A stretch of DNA of 64,000 bases from Clostridia bacterium (lineage in GTDB: Bacteria > Bacillota > Clostridia > Christensenellales > UBA1242). Positions 10,085-19,137 of the stretch are shown in pieces (the first letter of the stretch is position 1; each line of letters starts with the position of its first letter). The position numbers and the translations under genes were made by a program. The notes below the pieces were generated by a model, which saw only the letters and a program-made list of their open reading frames with translations, did not search any database and was not told where the DNA came from. The stretch is taken from NCBI GenBank assembly GCA_017501645.1, contig JAFVWN010000037.1, positions 2,400-66,399 on the forward strand, given 5' to 3'.

Positions 10085-11467
10085 TTATTTCAAAAAGAAG
10101 CGAACAAGCTTTTGATTTCTTTTGCTTGTGTATGGTTGATACCTCATTGGCAAATCAATCCAAGTCTTTTTATCTACAATACTTTTATAGTGAGAGAATG
10201 CATCAAAACCAACTTTACCGTGGTATGCACCCATTCCACTTTCTCCAACACCACCAAAACCCATTTCACTAGTAGCAAGGTGAATAATTGTATCATTAAT
10301 ACACCCACCACCATATCTACATCTTTCAGTGATAAAGTCAACAACTTTCTTATCTTGTGCAAAAACATAAAGGGCAAGAGGCTTAGGTTTTCTTGATAAA
10401 TTGTCAATAACATCTTCAATTTTTTCAAACTCAAGAATTGGAAGTATTGGTCCAAATATCTCCTCTCCCATTACAGCATCTTCTTCTGTAACATTGTTCA
10501 TAACTGTTGGTGCAATTTGAAGAGTTTCAGGGTTAGAATTTCCACCATAAACAACTTTATCTTTGTTGATAAGACCATTGATTCTGTCAAAATGTTTTTG
10601 ATTGATAATTTTTCCATAGTTTTCATTACTTAAAACATCTTCGCCATATTGAAGCTTAATTTGAGCAATAATTTCTTTAACAAGCTCATCTTTCACTGAT
10701 TTATGGCACAAAATATAGTCAGGAGCAACACAAGTTTGCCCGCAGTTTAAGAATTTACCAAACACAATTCTTTTTGCCGTAAGCTTAATTTTTGCGGAAG
10801 AGTCAACAATACAAGGACTCTTTCCCCCAAGCTCCAAAATTACAGGAGTAAGGTGAGCAGATGCTTTCACAAGCACCTCTTTTCCTACATTTTGACTTCC
10901 CGTAAAGAAAATAAAATCAAATTTATTCTCTAAAAGGCTTGCATTTTCTTTTCTTCCGCCTGTCACAACTGCAACATACTCTTCACTAAAACATTCTTTG
11001 ATTATCTTTTCAACAATAAAACTTGTCTCTGGAGAATATGCACTTGGTTTTAAAACGATTGTGTTTCCCGCAGAAATGGCGTTTGCAAGTGGGTCAATTG
11101 ACAACAAAAATGGATAGTTCCAAGGACTCATAATAAGCACATTTCCATAAGGAGTTGGCTTTTGATAACTTTTTGACGCAAACTGAGCAAGCGGTGTGTG
11201 AACCCTCTTTTCTTTAGCAAACTTTTTTGTGTGCTTAATCATATATCTAATCTCTGCAAGAGCTAGACCTATTTCACACATATATGACTCATAATGACTC
11301 TTGCCAAGGTCTTTTTTAAGAGCTTCAGCAATTTCGTCTTCATACTTTTTGATGATATTTTGTAATTTTTTCAACATTTCAAGGCGAAATTTTACAGATA
11401 AAGTTTCCCCTGTTAAAAAGTAATCGTGTTGTTTGTCTACTATTCTTTTAATTTCTTCAGCTTCCAT
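10085..11467 (-). CDS. aldehyde dehydrogenase (class 3-like NAD(P)+ ALDH)
   Basis: 460 aa with the catalytic-region motifs ELGGKSP and GQTCVAPDY, and the EEIFGP motif. Confidence 0.9.
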   Translation of the reverse strand: MEAEEIKRIVDKQHDYFLTGETLSVKFRLEMLKKLQNIIKKYEDEIAEALKKDLGKSHYESYMCEIGLALAEIRYMIKHTKKFAKEKRVHTPLAQFASKSYQKPTPYGNVLIMSPWNYPFLLSIDPLANAISAGNTIVLKPSAYSPETSFIVEKIIKECFSEEYVAVVTGGRKENASLLENKFDFIFFTGSQNVGKEVLVKASAHLTPVILELGGKSPCIVDSSAKIKLTAKRIVFGKFLNCGQTCVAPDYILCHKSVKDELVKEIIAQIKLQYGEDVLSNENYGKIINQKHFDRINGLINKDKVVYGGNSNPETLQIAPTVMNNVTEEDAVMGEEIFGPILPILEFEKIEDVIDNLSRKPKPLALYVFAQDKKVVDFITERCRYGGGCINDTIIHLATSEMGFGGVGESGMGAYHGKVGFDAFSHYKSIVDKKTWIDLPMRYQPYTSKRNQKLVRFFLK

Positions 11468-11474
11468 AACCTAC

Positions 11475-12668
11475 CTACTTTGCAATATTATGATAAATTT
11501 CTTCAAGTTCTTTACTTGTGAGTAACACTGGCACTGGATAGAGAGGATTTGCCTCTTTTTCTGCTGTTTTTGCAAGTTCAGGAATGTCACTCTCTACAAT
11601 TTCAGGAATTTTAGTTCCAATATTCATTGTTTTGTTCATTTCTTCAATTTTAGTAATAAATAGTTTTGCTCCCTCTTCATAAGAAACAGTTTTATCAAAG
11701 AGTCCAGCATAAACACCCATCTTCCATAACTTTTTGTAAATCTTTTTGCCATAAACTTTTAGTACATATGGTAAAATTATAGCATTTGCAAGTCCGTGAG
11801 GAAAATTATATTTTCCACCAAGTGAGTGCGCAATAGCGTGAACATATCCAACATATGACTTTGTAAACGCAACACCAGCTTCATAAGCGGCTTTCAAAAG
11901 TTTTTCTCTTGCATCCATATTTGTAGGATTGTTATATGCTTCAACAAGGTTTTCAAAAATGGCTTTGGTTGCTGAAAGTGCACAAGCTCTTGTCTTTTTT
12001 GTTGTACTTCTTCCAATATATGCTTCCACTGCGTGAGTAAGTGCATCCATACCTGTTGTTGAAGTAATGTGTTTTGGAAGCCCAACTGTTAGTTCTGGTT
12101 TTAATAACGCATACTTAGGAATTAATGGGAAATCGTTAATTGCATATTTGTGTCTTGTTTCACTATCAGTAATAACTGCAGCAAGAGTTGTTTCACTTCC
12201 TGTTCCTGCAGTTGTTGGCACAGCAATTAAAAGCGGAAGTTTTCTTCCAACTTTAAGAACGCCCTTCATTTGTTTTAGTGTCTTTTTAGGTCTTGCAACC
12301 CTTGCCCCTACTGCTTTTGCACAGTCCATTACAGAACCACCACCAAATGCGATAAGAGCATTACAATTATTGTCCTTATACATTTTAAGGGCTTCAGCAA
12401 CATTTTCTGTTGTTGGGTTTGGAACAGTCCCATCATAAACAAAAAGATTAAAACCGCCATTTACTAAAGTTTCTTCAAGGCTTTTTGTAAGACCAAGCCC
12501 ACGAATCCCCTTATCTGTTACCAAAAGAACATTCTTTATGTTTTCTAACACTTCAACAACTTCGCCATCTGTTTTTAAAATCTCAGGCTCTCTGTAAGGA
12601 AGAACTGGGAGCATCATTTTAAAAACGCCTTGATATGTTCTGCAGTACATTTTCTTAAAAATATTCAT
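11475..12668 (-). CDS. iron-containing alcohol dehydrogenase
   Basis: 397 aa with GGGSVMDCAKA, the metal-binding histidines HAIAHSLGG and the typical Fe-ADH layout. The 7-bp gap to the ALDH gene suggests an operon. Confidence 0.9.
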   Translation of the reverse strand: MNIFKKMYCRTYQGVFKMMLPVLPYREPEILKTDGEVVEVLENIKNVLLVTDKGIRGLGLTKSLEETLVNGGFNLFVYDGTVPNPTTENVAEALKMYKDNNCNALIAFGGGSVMDCAKAVGARVARPKKTLKQMKGVLKVGRKLPLLIAVPTTAGTGSETTLAAVITDSETRHKYAINDFPLIPKYALLKPELTVGLPKHITSTTGMDALTHAVEAYIGRSTTKKTRACALSATKAIFENLVEAYNNPTNMDAREKLLKAAYEAGVAFTKSYVGYVHAIAHSLGGKYNFPHGLANAIILPYVLKVYGKKIYKKLWKMGVYAGLFDKTVSYEEGAKLFITKIEEMNKTMNIGTKIPEIVESDIPELAKTAEKEANPLYPVPVLLTSKELEEIYHNIAK

Positions 12669-12948
12669 AATTAAACCCCTTTATCAATTATATATTATGC
12701 TTATATTTTTTTCAAATTGATTACAATCCGTATTTATATTTCCATAAAAACAGGATAACATAAAAACAATTTTATAATCAAATAATTTTATATAATTTAT
12801 AAATTTTATACTGCATAAACAAAACATCATTATCTTTCCGGCATTATAAAAACATTCTTTTTAACAAATTAAAACAAATATTACAAATAAAATCTACGAA
12901 TAAAAAGCAAAAACCAAAAAATAATTATAATTTTTTTTACAAAAACAC

Positions 12949-12977
12949 TTGCAAAATCGATTTTTATATACTATAAT
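12949..12977 (+). promoter_or_regulatory. sigma-70-type promoter for tRNA-Asn
   Basis: TTGCAA (12949-12954), a 17-nt spacer, then TATAAT (12972-12977), about 32 nt upstream of the tRNA 5' end. Confidence 0.55.
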
Positions 12978-13009
12978 ACATTTACTTGTGTTCACAAGGA
13001 ACTTAATAT

Positions 13010-13084
13010 TCCCCGATAGCTCAGCGGTGGAGCACTCGACTGTTAATCGATAGGCCGTAGGTTCGAATCCCACTCGGGGAGCCA
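13010..13084 (+). tRNA. tRNA-Asn (GTT)
   Basis: Hand-folded cloverleaf. The acceptor TCCCCGA/TCGGGGA is followed by G and an encoded CCA. D-arm is GCTC..GAGC and anticodon loop CTGTTAA. The T-arm GTAGG-TTCGAAT-CCCAC has one A.C mismatch, and pair 27-43 is also mismatched. Confidence 0.85.
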
Positions 13085-13334
13085 TAGAAAGAAAGCGTTT
13101 TGGCTTTCTTTTTTTTCTTCACGAGGGGATAGGCTCGACTTTGAGTAATCACCCACTCGGGGAGCCATAGAAAGAAAGCGTTTTGGCTTTCTTTTTTTTC
13201 TTCACGAGGGGGATAGGCTCGACCTTGAGTAATCACCCACTCGGGGAGCCATAGAAAGAAAGCATTTTTGCTTTCTTTTTTTTCTTCACGAGGGGGATAG
13301 GCTCGACCTTGAGTAATTCCCACTCGGGGAGCCA
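13069..13334 (+). repeat. tandem array of three 83-84-bp units, each made of an intrinsic terminator plus a degenerate tRNA-Asn 3' half
   Basis: The 16-mer CCCACTCGGGGAGCCA occurs at 13069, 13152, 13236 and 13319. Each of the first three is followed by the hairpin AAGAAAGC-loop-GCTTTCTT plus a T-run. That is followed by GATAGGCTCGACCTTGAGTAATCA, which aligns with the tRNA segment GATAGGCCGTAGGTTCGAATC. Confidence 0.9.
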
Positions 13335-13340
13335 AAAAAA

Positions 13341-13369
13341 TCCTGAATTTTGTTTCAGGACTTTTTTTT
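13341..13369 (+). terminator. rho-independent terminator closing the tRNA-Asn repeat array
   Basis: TCCTGAA-loop-TTCAGGA hairpin followed by C and T8. Confidence 0.7.
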
Positions 13370-13466
13370 GTCAAATTTGCCAAAAATTATTTTACATTGC
13401 TGTAAATTTTGTTTTATAATGAAAAAGTGATATGATTAATTTATAATACATACAAAAGAGGTCATT

Positions 13467-14954
13467 ATGAAAAAGGGTTTTGATAATAAAAAGTATTTGA
13501 AGCTTCAAACTGAGAATATTCTTAAACGCATTGAACAGTTTGACAATAAGCTCTACATTGAATTTGGAGGAAAACTTTTTGATGACTTGCACGCATCTAG
13601 AGTTCTCCCGGGTTTTGAGCCTGATGCAAAGGTTCAAATCCTCAAAAAACTTAAAAATAAGAGCGAAATTATCTTTGTCATAAGCGCCGCAGATATTGAA
13701 AGAAATAAAATTCGTGCGGATTTTTCAATATCTTATGATATGGATGTGCTTCGCCAGATTGACTGCTTAAGGGAAGAAGGTCTTACCGTAAGCGGTGTTG
13801 TTATCACCCTTTTTAATGAACAGCCATCAGCTAAAACTTTTGCCAACCGCTTAATCAACAGAAACGAAAAAGTATATTTCCACAGATTCACAAAAGGTTA
13901 CCCTACAGACATTGAAACAATTGTTAGTGACGAGGGTTATGGTGCAAACCCATACATTGAAACAACTAAGCCATTAGTTATTGTTACAGCACCCGGCCCT
14001 GGAAGCGGAAAAATGGCAACTTGCCTATCTCAGCTTTACCACGAATATAAACGAGGCGTAAAGGCTGGGTATGCAAAATTTGAGACTTTCCCTGTTTGGA
14101 ACTTGCCTCTCAACCACCCTGTAAATATTGCTTATGAAGCGGCAACCGCAGACCTTAATGATATGAATATGATTGACAGCTTCCACTTGTCAGCATACAA
14201 AGAAACAGCTGTTAACTATAACCGAGATTTGCAGGTTTTTCCAGTGGTTAGAAATATCTTGCATAAAATCACAGGCAACGACAAAATTTACCAATCCCCT
14301 ACTGATATGGGCGTAAATATGGTAGGATTTGCAATTTCTAATGATGAGATTGTAAGAAAAGCCAGCATTGACGAGATTGTAAGACGCTACTATAAAGCAA
14401 AATGCGAGTTCAAAAAAGGCACAACTTCAATCAACACTGTTAATAGAATTAAAATCCTTATGGGCGAATGGAAAATCGACCCAAATTCTAGAAAAGTTGT
14501 AAGTGTTGCAAAACAAAAACAAGAAGAAACTCAAACCCAAGTTATGGCTCTAGAGCTAGCTTCTGGAAAAATTATAACAGGCAGAAGCAAAGAACTTATG
14601 ACAAGTGCTTGCGCTTGCGTGCTAAATGCTCTTAAACATTTTGCACATATTGACGATTCTATCAACCTTATTCCTAAGAACCTACTTGAGCCGGTGCTAG
14701 ACTTGAAAAGAGATAAACTTGGAAATAAAAAAGGCAAGTTGTCCCTTAAAGATGTTTTGATGCTTCTTTCAATCAACTCTGTAACCAACCCAACAGCAGA
14801 GCATATTCTTAAGCAACTAGATAAACTTAAAGGTTTAGAAGCGCACTCATCTTCTATGCTAAATTCGTCAGACCAAAGCACTCTTTTGTCTCTTGGCATA
14901 AACATTACAAGCGAGCCTATTTACTCAAGCAAATCGCTTTATAATCAATACTAA
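13467..14954 (+). CDS. DUF1846 / UPF0371-family protein
   Basis: 495 aa. The N-terminus FDNKKYLKLQTENILKRIEQFDNKLYIEFGGKLFDDLHASRVLPGFEPD matches my memory of the conserved UPF0371 family of Firmicutes. Confidence 0.8.
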   Translation: MKKGFDNKKYLKLQTENILKRIEQFDNKLYIEFGGKLFDDLHASRVLPGFEPDAKVQILKKLKNKSEIIFVISAADIERNKIRADFSISYDMDVLRQIDCLREEGLTVSGVVITLFNEQPSAKTFANRLINRNEKVYFHRFTKGYPTDIETIVSDEGYGANPYIETTKPLVIVTAPGPGSGKMATCLSQLYHEYKRGVKAGYAKFETFPVWNLPLNHPVNIAYEAATADLNDMNMIDSFHLSAYKETAVNYNRDLQVFPVVRNILHKITGNDKIYQSPTDMGVNMVGFAISNDEIVRKASIDEIVRRYYKAKCEFKKGTTSINTVNRIKILMGEWKIDPNSRKVVSVAKQKQEETQTQVMALELASGKIITGRSKELMTSACACVLNALKHFAHIDDSINLIPKNLLEPVLDLKRDKLGNKKGKLSLKDVLMLLSINSVTNPTAEHILKQLDKLKGLEAHSSSMLNSSDQSTLLSLGINITSEPIYSSKSLYNQY

Positions 14955-15032
14955 TTGATTTTGTTTTAGGTTATAAAAAAACAAGCAATAAAAAAAGAAA
15001 GCAAAACCGCTTTCTTTTTTTACTTTAATTTA

Positions 15033-15914
15033 TTATAACCCAAGGTCTTTACCAATGGTTTTTTGGTTATATTCCCAAAGTCTTTCAATTGGCGAAACTA
15101 AACATCTTTTTTCTATGCCGTGAAGACCTCTTTCGCTTGCAACTTTTTTTATTTCCTTTGGCAAATCATAAGATAGTTCCTTTTTTAGAGCGTTTATATT
15201 CTGCCCAGAAAGAACCCCCTCTTCTATTAATTCACGAATGTTCCTTACCCTTTGCAAGTAGCAAAGCTCATCAGATACTTGTTGTGGTGTTGCACTTTGG
15301 TATGGATAGTATATAAAGCTTTCAAAATCTTTTTTAGAAGCTCCACAATATTTGAAAACAACCATTTGTTCAAGGTCAATTGCAACAACTCCCCTGTACT
15401 TTTTATCCCCCTCGAATTTATACATAAAATAGTTTTTTGAATGTCTGTCCACATCTGTTCTTAGCTCATCACACAAAAACAAGTCTTTAAGCCCCTCTAT
15501 GCACTCTGGATACATATACTTACATAAAGTGTAGACCAAATCTTCATCATAGAATAAAGCCCATTTGTCTTTACCAAAAGCACGAGTTTCTATTTTTGTA
15601 AATTCAACATTTGAGTTTGCAAGCTCACAAAGTAAACCGTCAATACTTTTAACCTCTTGCTCAATTGTTTTTGTGTAGCCCTTTTCTTTGCTTTTAAGCA
15701 TATACATAGGTGGAGTAAGAATGCCAATTTCTTGATACATCCTGCTTGATGCAATAGCTGGAATCATTTGCTTATTTGCAACTCTTTTAACATAATAAGA
15801 AGCCCCATCAATATGAACTCTTTGAACTTTTTGCCCACAAGAAAGTTTGCTGGCGAGTTTATCCACGCCAACAGCCTTCAAATCCTTAAAATAATGTTCA
15901 AATCTATTATTCAT
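15033..15914 (-). CDS. hypothetical protein with a protein-kinase-like/HipA-like motif arrangement
   Basis: 293 aa with YYVKR (candidate ATP lysine), DVDRHSKNYF (D-x-x-H-x-K-N catalytic-loop-like) and AIDLEQ (metal-binding-like). Confidence 0.4.
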   Translation of the reverse strand: MNNRFEHYFKDLKAVGVDKLASKLSCGQKVQRVHIDGASYYVKRVANKQMIPAIASSRMYQEIGILTPPMYMLKSKEKGYTKTIEQEVKSIDGLLCELANSNVEFTKIETRAFGKDKWALFYDEDLVYTLCKYMYPECIEGLKDLFLCDELRTDVDRHSKNYFMYKFEGDKKYRGVVAIDLEQMVVFKYCGASKKDFESFIYYPYQSATPQQVSDELCYLQRVRNIRELIEEGVLSGQNINALKKELSYDLPKEIKKVASERGLHGIEKRCLVSPIERLWEYNQKTIGKDLGL

Positions 15915-16142
15915 ACATCCCTCTTACCAACATTGTACTACAAACCACCCCTCCTGTCAATTTCAATCTTCTTGATTATTTATTTCAACTTCGTCAAAAT
16001 TTGCATAAAAAAGACCGCTATTTCTAGCGATCTCTTACTGGACAGGGATAAACCCTACCATTATTTTAGTAACCTAAAGTGTTTTGGTATGGTATAAGTT
16101 ACTATAGTCAGTTTGTATTAGCATTTGCTTTTTGTTAAGCAT

Positions 16143-17138
16143 TTACTTACCAATATTTTTGTCTTTATTCTTTTTTTCTTTTGCCTTTTTTTCGCCTGAT
16201 TTTTTCTTGCTTTTTTTATGAAAAATATCAGCCAAATTTGCGGTTTCTAAATCGAATGCCTTTTTCTCATTTCTTTCTTTTTCAACTCTTTCTGGCAATT
16301 TCTCAGGATTGTATGGCATCTCGACATCATCCACTCTATTTCTTATCTCAAGTTGATTGTATGGAATTGATATTTTATTCTTTTTAAACTCATTATATAC
16401 ATTTTCAATTACATAGTAATATACATCCCAATAATCCTCAGAATCGCACCAACAATTAGCAAAGAAATCTATACTGCTAGAATTTAAAACTTTTAACCTA
16501 CAAAATGGTTTTGGGTCTAAATCTATTTTACCATTACTGGTCATAACTTCTGTCACAATTCTTTTAACTGTTTCAACATCTGTTTCATAAGCAACAGAGA
16601 ATGTAAAATCAACTCTTCTTTTTGGATTTGCACCAGCATTTATAACATTACTATTAACAATTGCGCTATTAGGTATAGTAATTTTCTTATTATCTGTAGT
16701 TATAATTGTTGTAAACAAGAAATTAATATCTACAATTGAACCACTATCTGATCCAACAGTAATAAAATCGCCTTTTTTAAACATATGAGTCGCAACAATA
16801 ACAATACCATTAGCAACATTTGATATAATTGTTTGAAGTGCCATACCAATGGCAAGAACCGCAGCACTAAGAGCTGTAATAATGCCCGATATTTCAATTC
16901 CAATTGTGCTTAGAAGAATAAGTACGAATACTAAATATAAAATCAATTTAAAAGTTGTAATCAAAAATTGTTGGGTGATTTTTTCCATTTTTGTTTTGCC
17001 GAGGATTTTTCTGGTCACATTTATTAAAATTTTCACCACAACGAAACCAATAACCAAAACAGCAAAAAATGTTACAATCCCCCAAATATTATTAGTAAAA
17101 AAGTTTTTTATACTTTGCCAAATTTCTTTAAAATCCAT
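16143..17138 (-). CDS. mechanosensitive ion channel (MscS family)
   Basis: 331 aa with 3 N-terminal TM segments and an MscS beta-domain pattern (GDFITVGSDSGSIVDINFLFTTIITTDNKKITIPNS). The tail is lysine-rich. Confidence 0.85.
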   Translation of the reverse strand: MDFKEIWQSIKNFFTNNIWGIVTFFAVLVIGFVVVKILINVTRKILGKTKMEKITQQFLITTFKLILYLVFVLILLSTIGIEISGIITALSAAVLAIGMALQTIISNVANGIVIVATHMFKKGDFITVGSDSGSIVDINFLFTTIITTDNKKITIPNSAIVNSNVINAGANPKRRVDFTFSVAYETDVETVKRIVTEVMTSNGKIDLDPKPFCRLKVLNSSSIDFFANCWCDSEDYWDVYYYVIENVYNEFKKNKISIPYNQLEIRNRVDDVEMPYNPEKLPERVEKERNEKKAFDLETANLADIFHKKSKKKSGEKKAKEKKNKDKNIGK

Positions 17139-17262
17139 AAGTCCTCCTTTGTGTTATTTTAATTATAGTACCAAATTGATAATATTAAAAGTTTTTTCAA
17201 ATATATTGTAGCAAATTGTCGAATATGTACATTAAGTAAATAACATTATAATCATCCGCCAA

Positions 17263-18177
17263 TTAACTCTTCTTTTTTTCTTTTCGGCGTTTGTCGTTGA
17301 TGATTTCAAGGGCAGCTTCATCTATTACTGTAATGTTTTCCTCTTTTGCTATGTTTACCATTTGTGTAAGTGCCATTTTTAAGAATACTCTTGGTATCTT
17401 TACAAGCTTTGCACAAGCCTCTTCTGTAAATTTTACATCAGGGTCAATTCTCTCAGCCGCATAGATTACTGACTTGACATCTCCGTCTTTTGCAGGAATT
17501 TTTTCACTGATTGGTTTACTAAATTTTGTGTACCAAAAATTTGTGCTATCCCTATAACCATAATCTACAGGGACTCTTGGAAAGTTGTTAGACTTCACAC
17601 CATTTACTATTGAGTTATGATACTTTTCTTTCATTAAAATCTTATCAATCTTCAAAATAAAGTGTGCCCCAAACTTACTTGTTATTCCGTTAAAGTTTCT
17701 ATATGGAGGCTCATAGCCCTCTAGATTTCCTGCCTTGTCTTCAAATGCATTTTCTAAAGAATCATCCCAAGTACATTCAAACACTTGAAAACTCTCCGCC
17801 ACCATTTGGGGTCTATCCTCACCAAGTTCACTATCAATAAGAGTAAATAAACAGTCCTTCATTTTTTCTTCAGTAGTTTCACCTGGAAATCCCAAACGAA
17901 CAGCCTCTTTAAAATACTTTCTGTCATCAGGAATAAAGTTAAGCGTACACTTCTTTGTTCTCAAAATATTTTGAGCTGTATTAGAGCTGTTTCTGCACTC
18001 AAGAATCATAGCGTAATAATCTTTACCTGCGATATAATAAGGAAAGCATAGAGAGTATGCTCCAAGATTTGTTTTTCCTGACTCACTGACAGTCCCAATC
18101 AAAATAGTTGGCATTGGATAGAATGCCGAAGTTTGATAGAAGTTATCCACAATTCTAAGTTCTTTAAGTTTATCCAT
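17263..18177 (-). CDS. flavin reductase-like domain protein
   Basis: The N-terminal half fits the split-barrel flavin reductase pattern (PMPTILIGTVSESGKTNLGAYS...TAQNILRTKKCTLNFIP). Start moved to MDKLKEL after the AAGGAGAGG RBS. Confidence 0.5.
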   Translation of the reverse strand: MDKLKELRIVDNFYQTSAFYPMPTILIGTVSESGKTNLGAYSLCFPYYIAGKDYYAMILECRNSSNTAQNILRTKKCTLNFIPDDRKYFKEAVRLGFPGETTEEKMKDCLFTLIDSELGEDRPQMVAESFQVFECTWDDSLENAFEDKAGNLEGYEPPYRNFNGITSKFGAHFILKIDKILMKEKYHNSIVNGVKSNNFPRVPVDYGYRDSTNFWYTKFSKPISEKIPAKDGDVKSVIYAAERIDPDVKFTEEACAKLVKIPRVFLKMALTQMVNIAKEENITVIDEAALEIINDKRRKEKKKS

Positions 18178-18312
18178 AATCCTCTCCTTTTTCAAATTAT
18201 ACCACACTTCCGCCTCTAAAGTCTAAGGATTTATTAAGGTTTACAAATCATTCTAAAGCAAAAAAGCCTAAATCTTTTGATTTAGACTTTTTATATAAAA
18301 TATGTTTGAGCC

Positions 18313-18939
18313 TTAATATAATAATTGATAGGTCTCGTTAATCGCTTCAGCTCTAAGACTTCGAGATTTTTTGTTTTCAACATTATTGTTTTTCTTGTCT
18401 AAATATTTATCTAAAACAACTTCCCACAAATGATTTTTCTTAATTTCTTCAATTTTTTTCTTTTGATTATAGTATCCTTTAGGTTGCCACTCCCATACAT
18501 ATTGATTTGTTTTCTTATTTAGTCTAATGTATCGCTGTCTTCCATCATCTAAGTTATATACAATTGCAAAATCACAACTATGAATAATTCTTGAATTTTC
18601 TCTGTCTTTAACTTTTATTGTTAACACTCGTGAACTGTCTTCACAATAGTCATAATCAAAATAATGATTATATTTATCAAATGCATTTTTTAAAATTTTT
18701 CTTATTTCTTCTGCAGAATAATCTTGATCTTTGTCATTAACTTCAATATTAACATCAAAATCATAACCCACATTAGATTTTAAATCTCTTGTTACCATAT
18801 TCAACGGATCACTACCAACAAAATCAAACCTAAAAGTAAAATACTCCCTTACTTCATCTTGGACTGCGTTTATAAGAGCTATCAGTTCTAATTTTGCTTG
18901 TTTTCTCTCCTTTCTGGTCACATATATAAATTCTCTCAT
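18313..18939 (-). CDS. putative Pol-beta-fold nucleotidyltransferase, stand-alone
   Basis: 208 aa with G-S...D-x-D (FVGSDPLNMVTRDLKSNVGYDFDVNIEV) and a later acidic strand HSCDFAIVY. This spacing is typical of minimal NTases. Confidence 0.4.
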   Translation of the reverse strand: MREFIYVTRKERKQAKLELIALINAVQDEVREYFTFRFDFVGSDPLNMVTRDLKSNVGYDFDVNIEVNDKDQDYSAEEIRKILKNAFDKYNHYFDYDYCEDSSRVLTIKVKDRENSRIIHSCDFAIVYNLDDGRQRYIRLNKKTNQYVWEWQPKGYYNQKKKIEEIKKNHLWEVVLDKYLDKKNNNVENKKSRSLRAEAINETYQLLY

Positions 18940-19137
18940 AAAAAACCTCTAGTTCCCCAAGCCACCCTTTGGTTCATACCAAATCGTAATATAATACAAA
19001 CAAAAGCATATTTTGTCAACTGTAATTTTTATTTTTCCAAAAAAATTTCACATTTAGCATAAATTTTAATACATAATTCAAAATAATATGCTATACTAAA
19101 AATATCAATAAAATATTTGTGAAAATTAGGAGGTTTT

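Noticed and set aside
12894-13085. 63-aa minus-strand ORF overlapping tRNA-Asn and its promoter
   Set aside because: It is antisense to a well-folding tRNA, and no RBS is present. Spurious.
13069-13334. Possible CRISPR array (regularly spaced repeats)
   Set aside because: Whole 83-84-bp units are near-identical, so there are no unique spacers. The repeats derive from the tRNA 3' end, and no cas genes are in the window.
13021-13383. 120-aa minus-strand ORF with internally repeated peptide (ITQGRAYPPREEKKESKNAFFLWLPEWV...)
   Set aside because: It is the translation of the 83-bp tRNA-end/terminator tandem repeat and overlaps the tRNA-Asn gene. The repetition is a DNA-level feature, not a protein.
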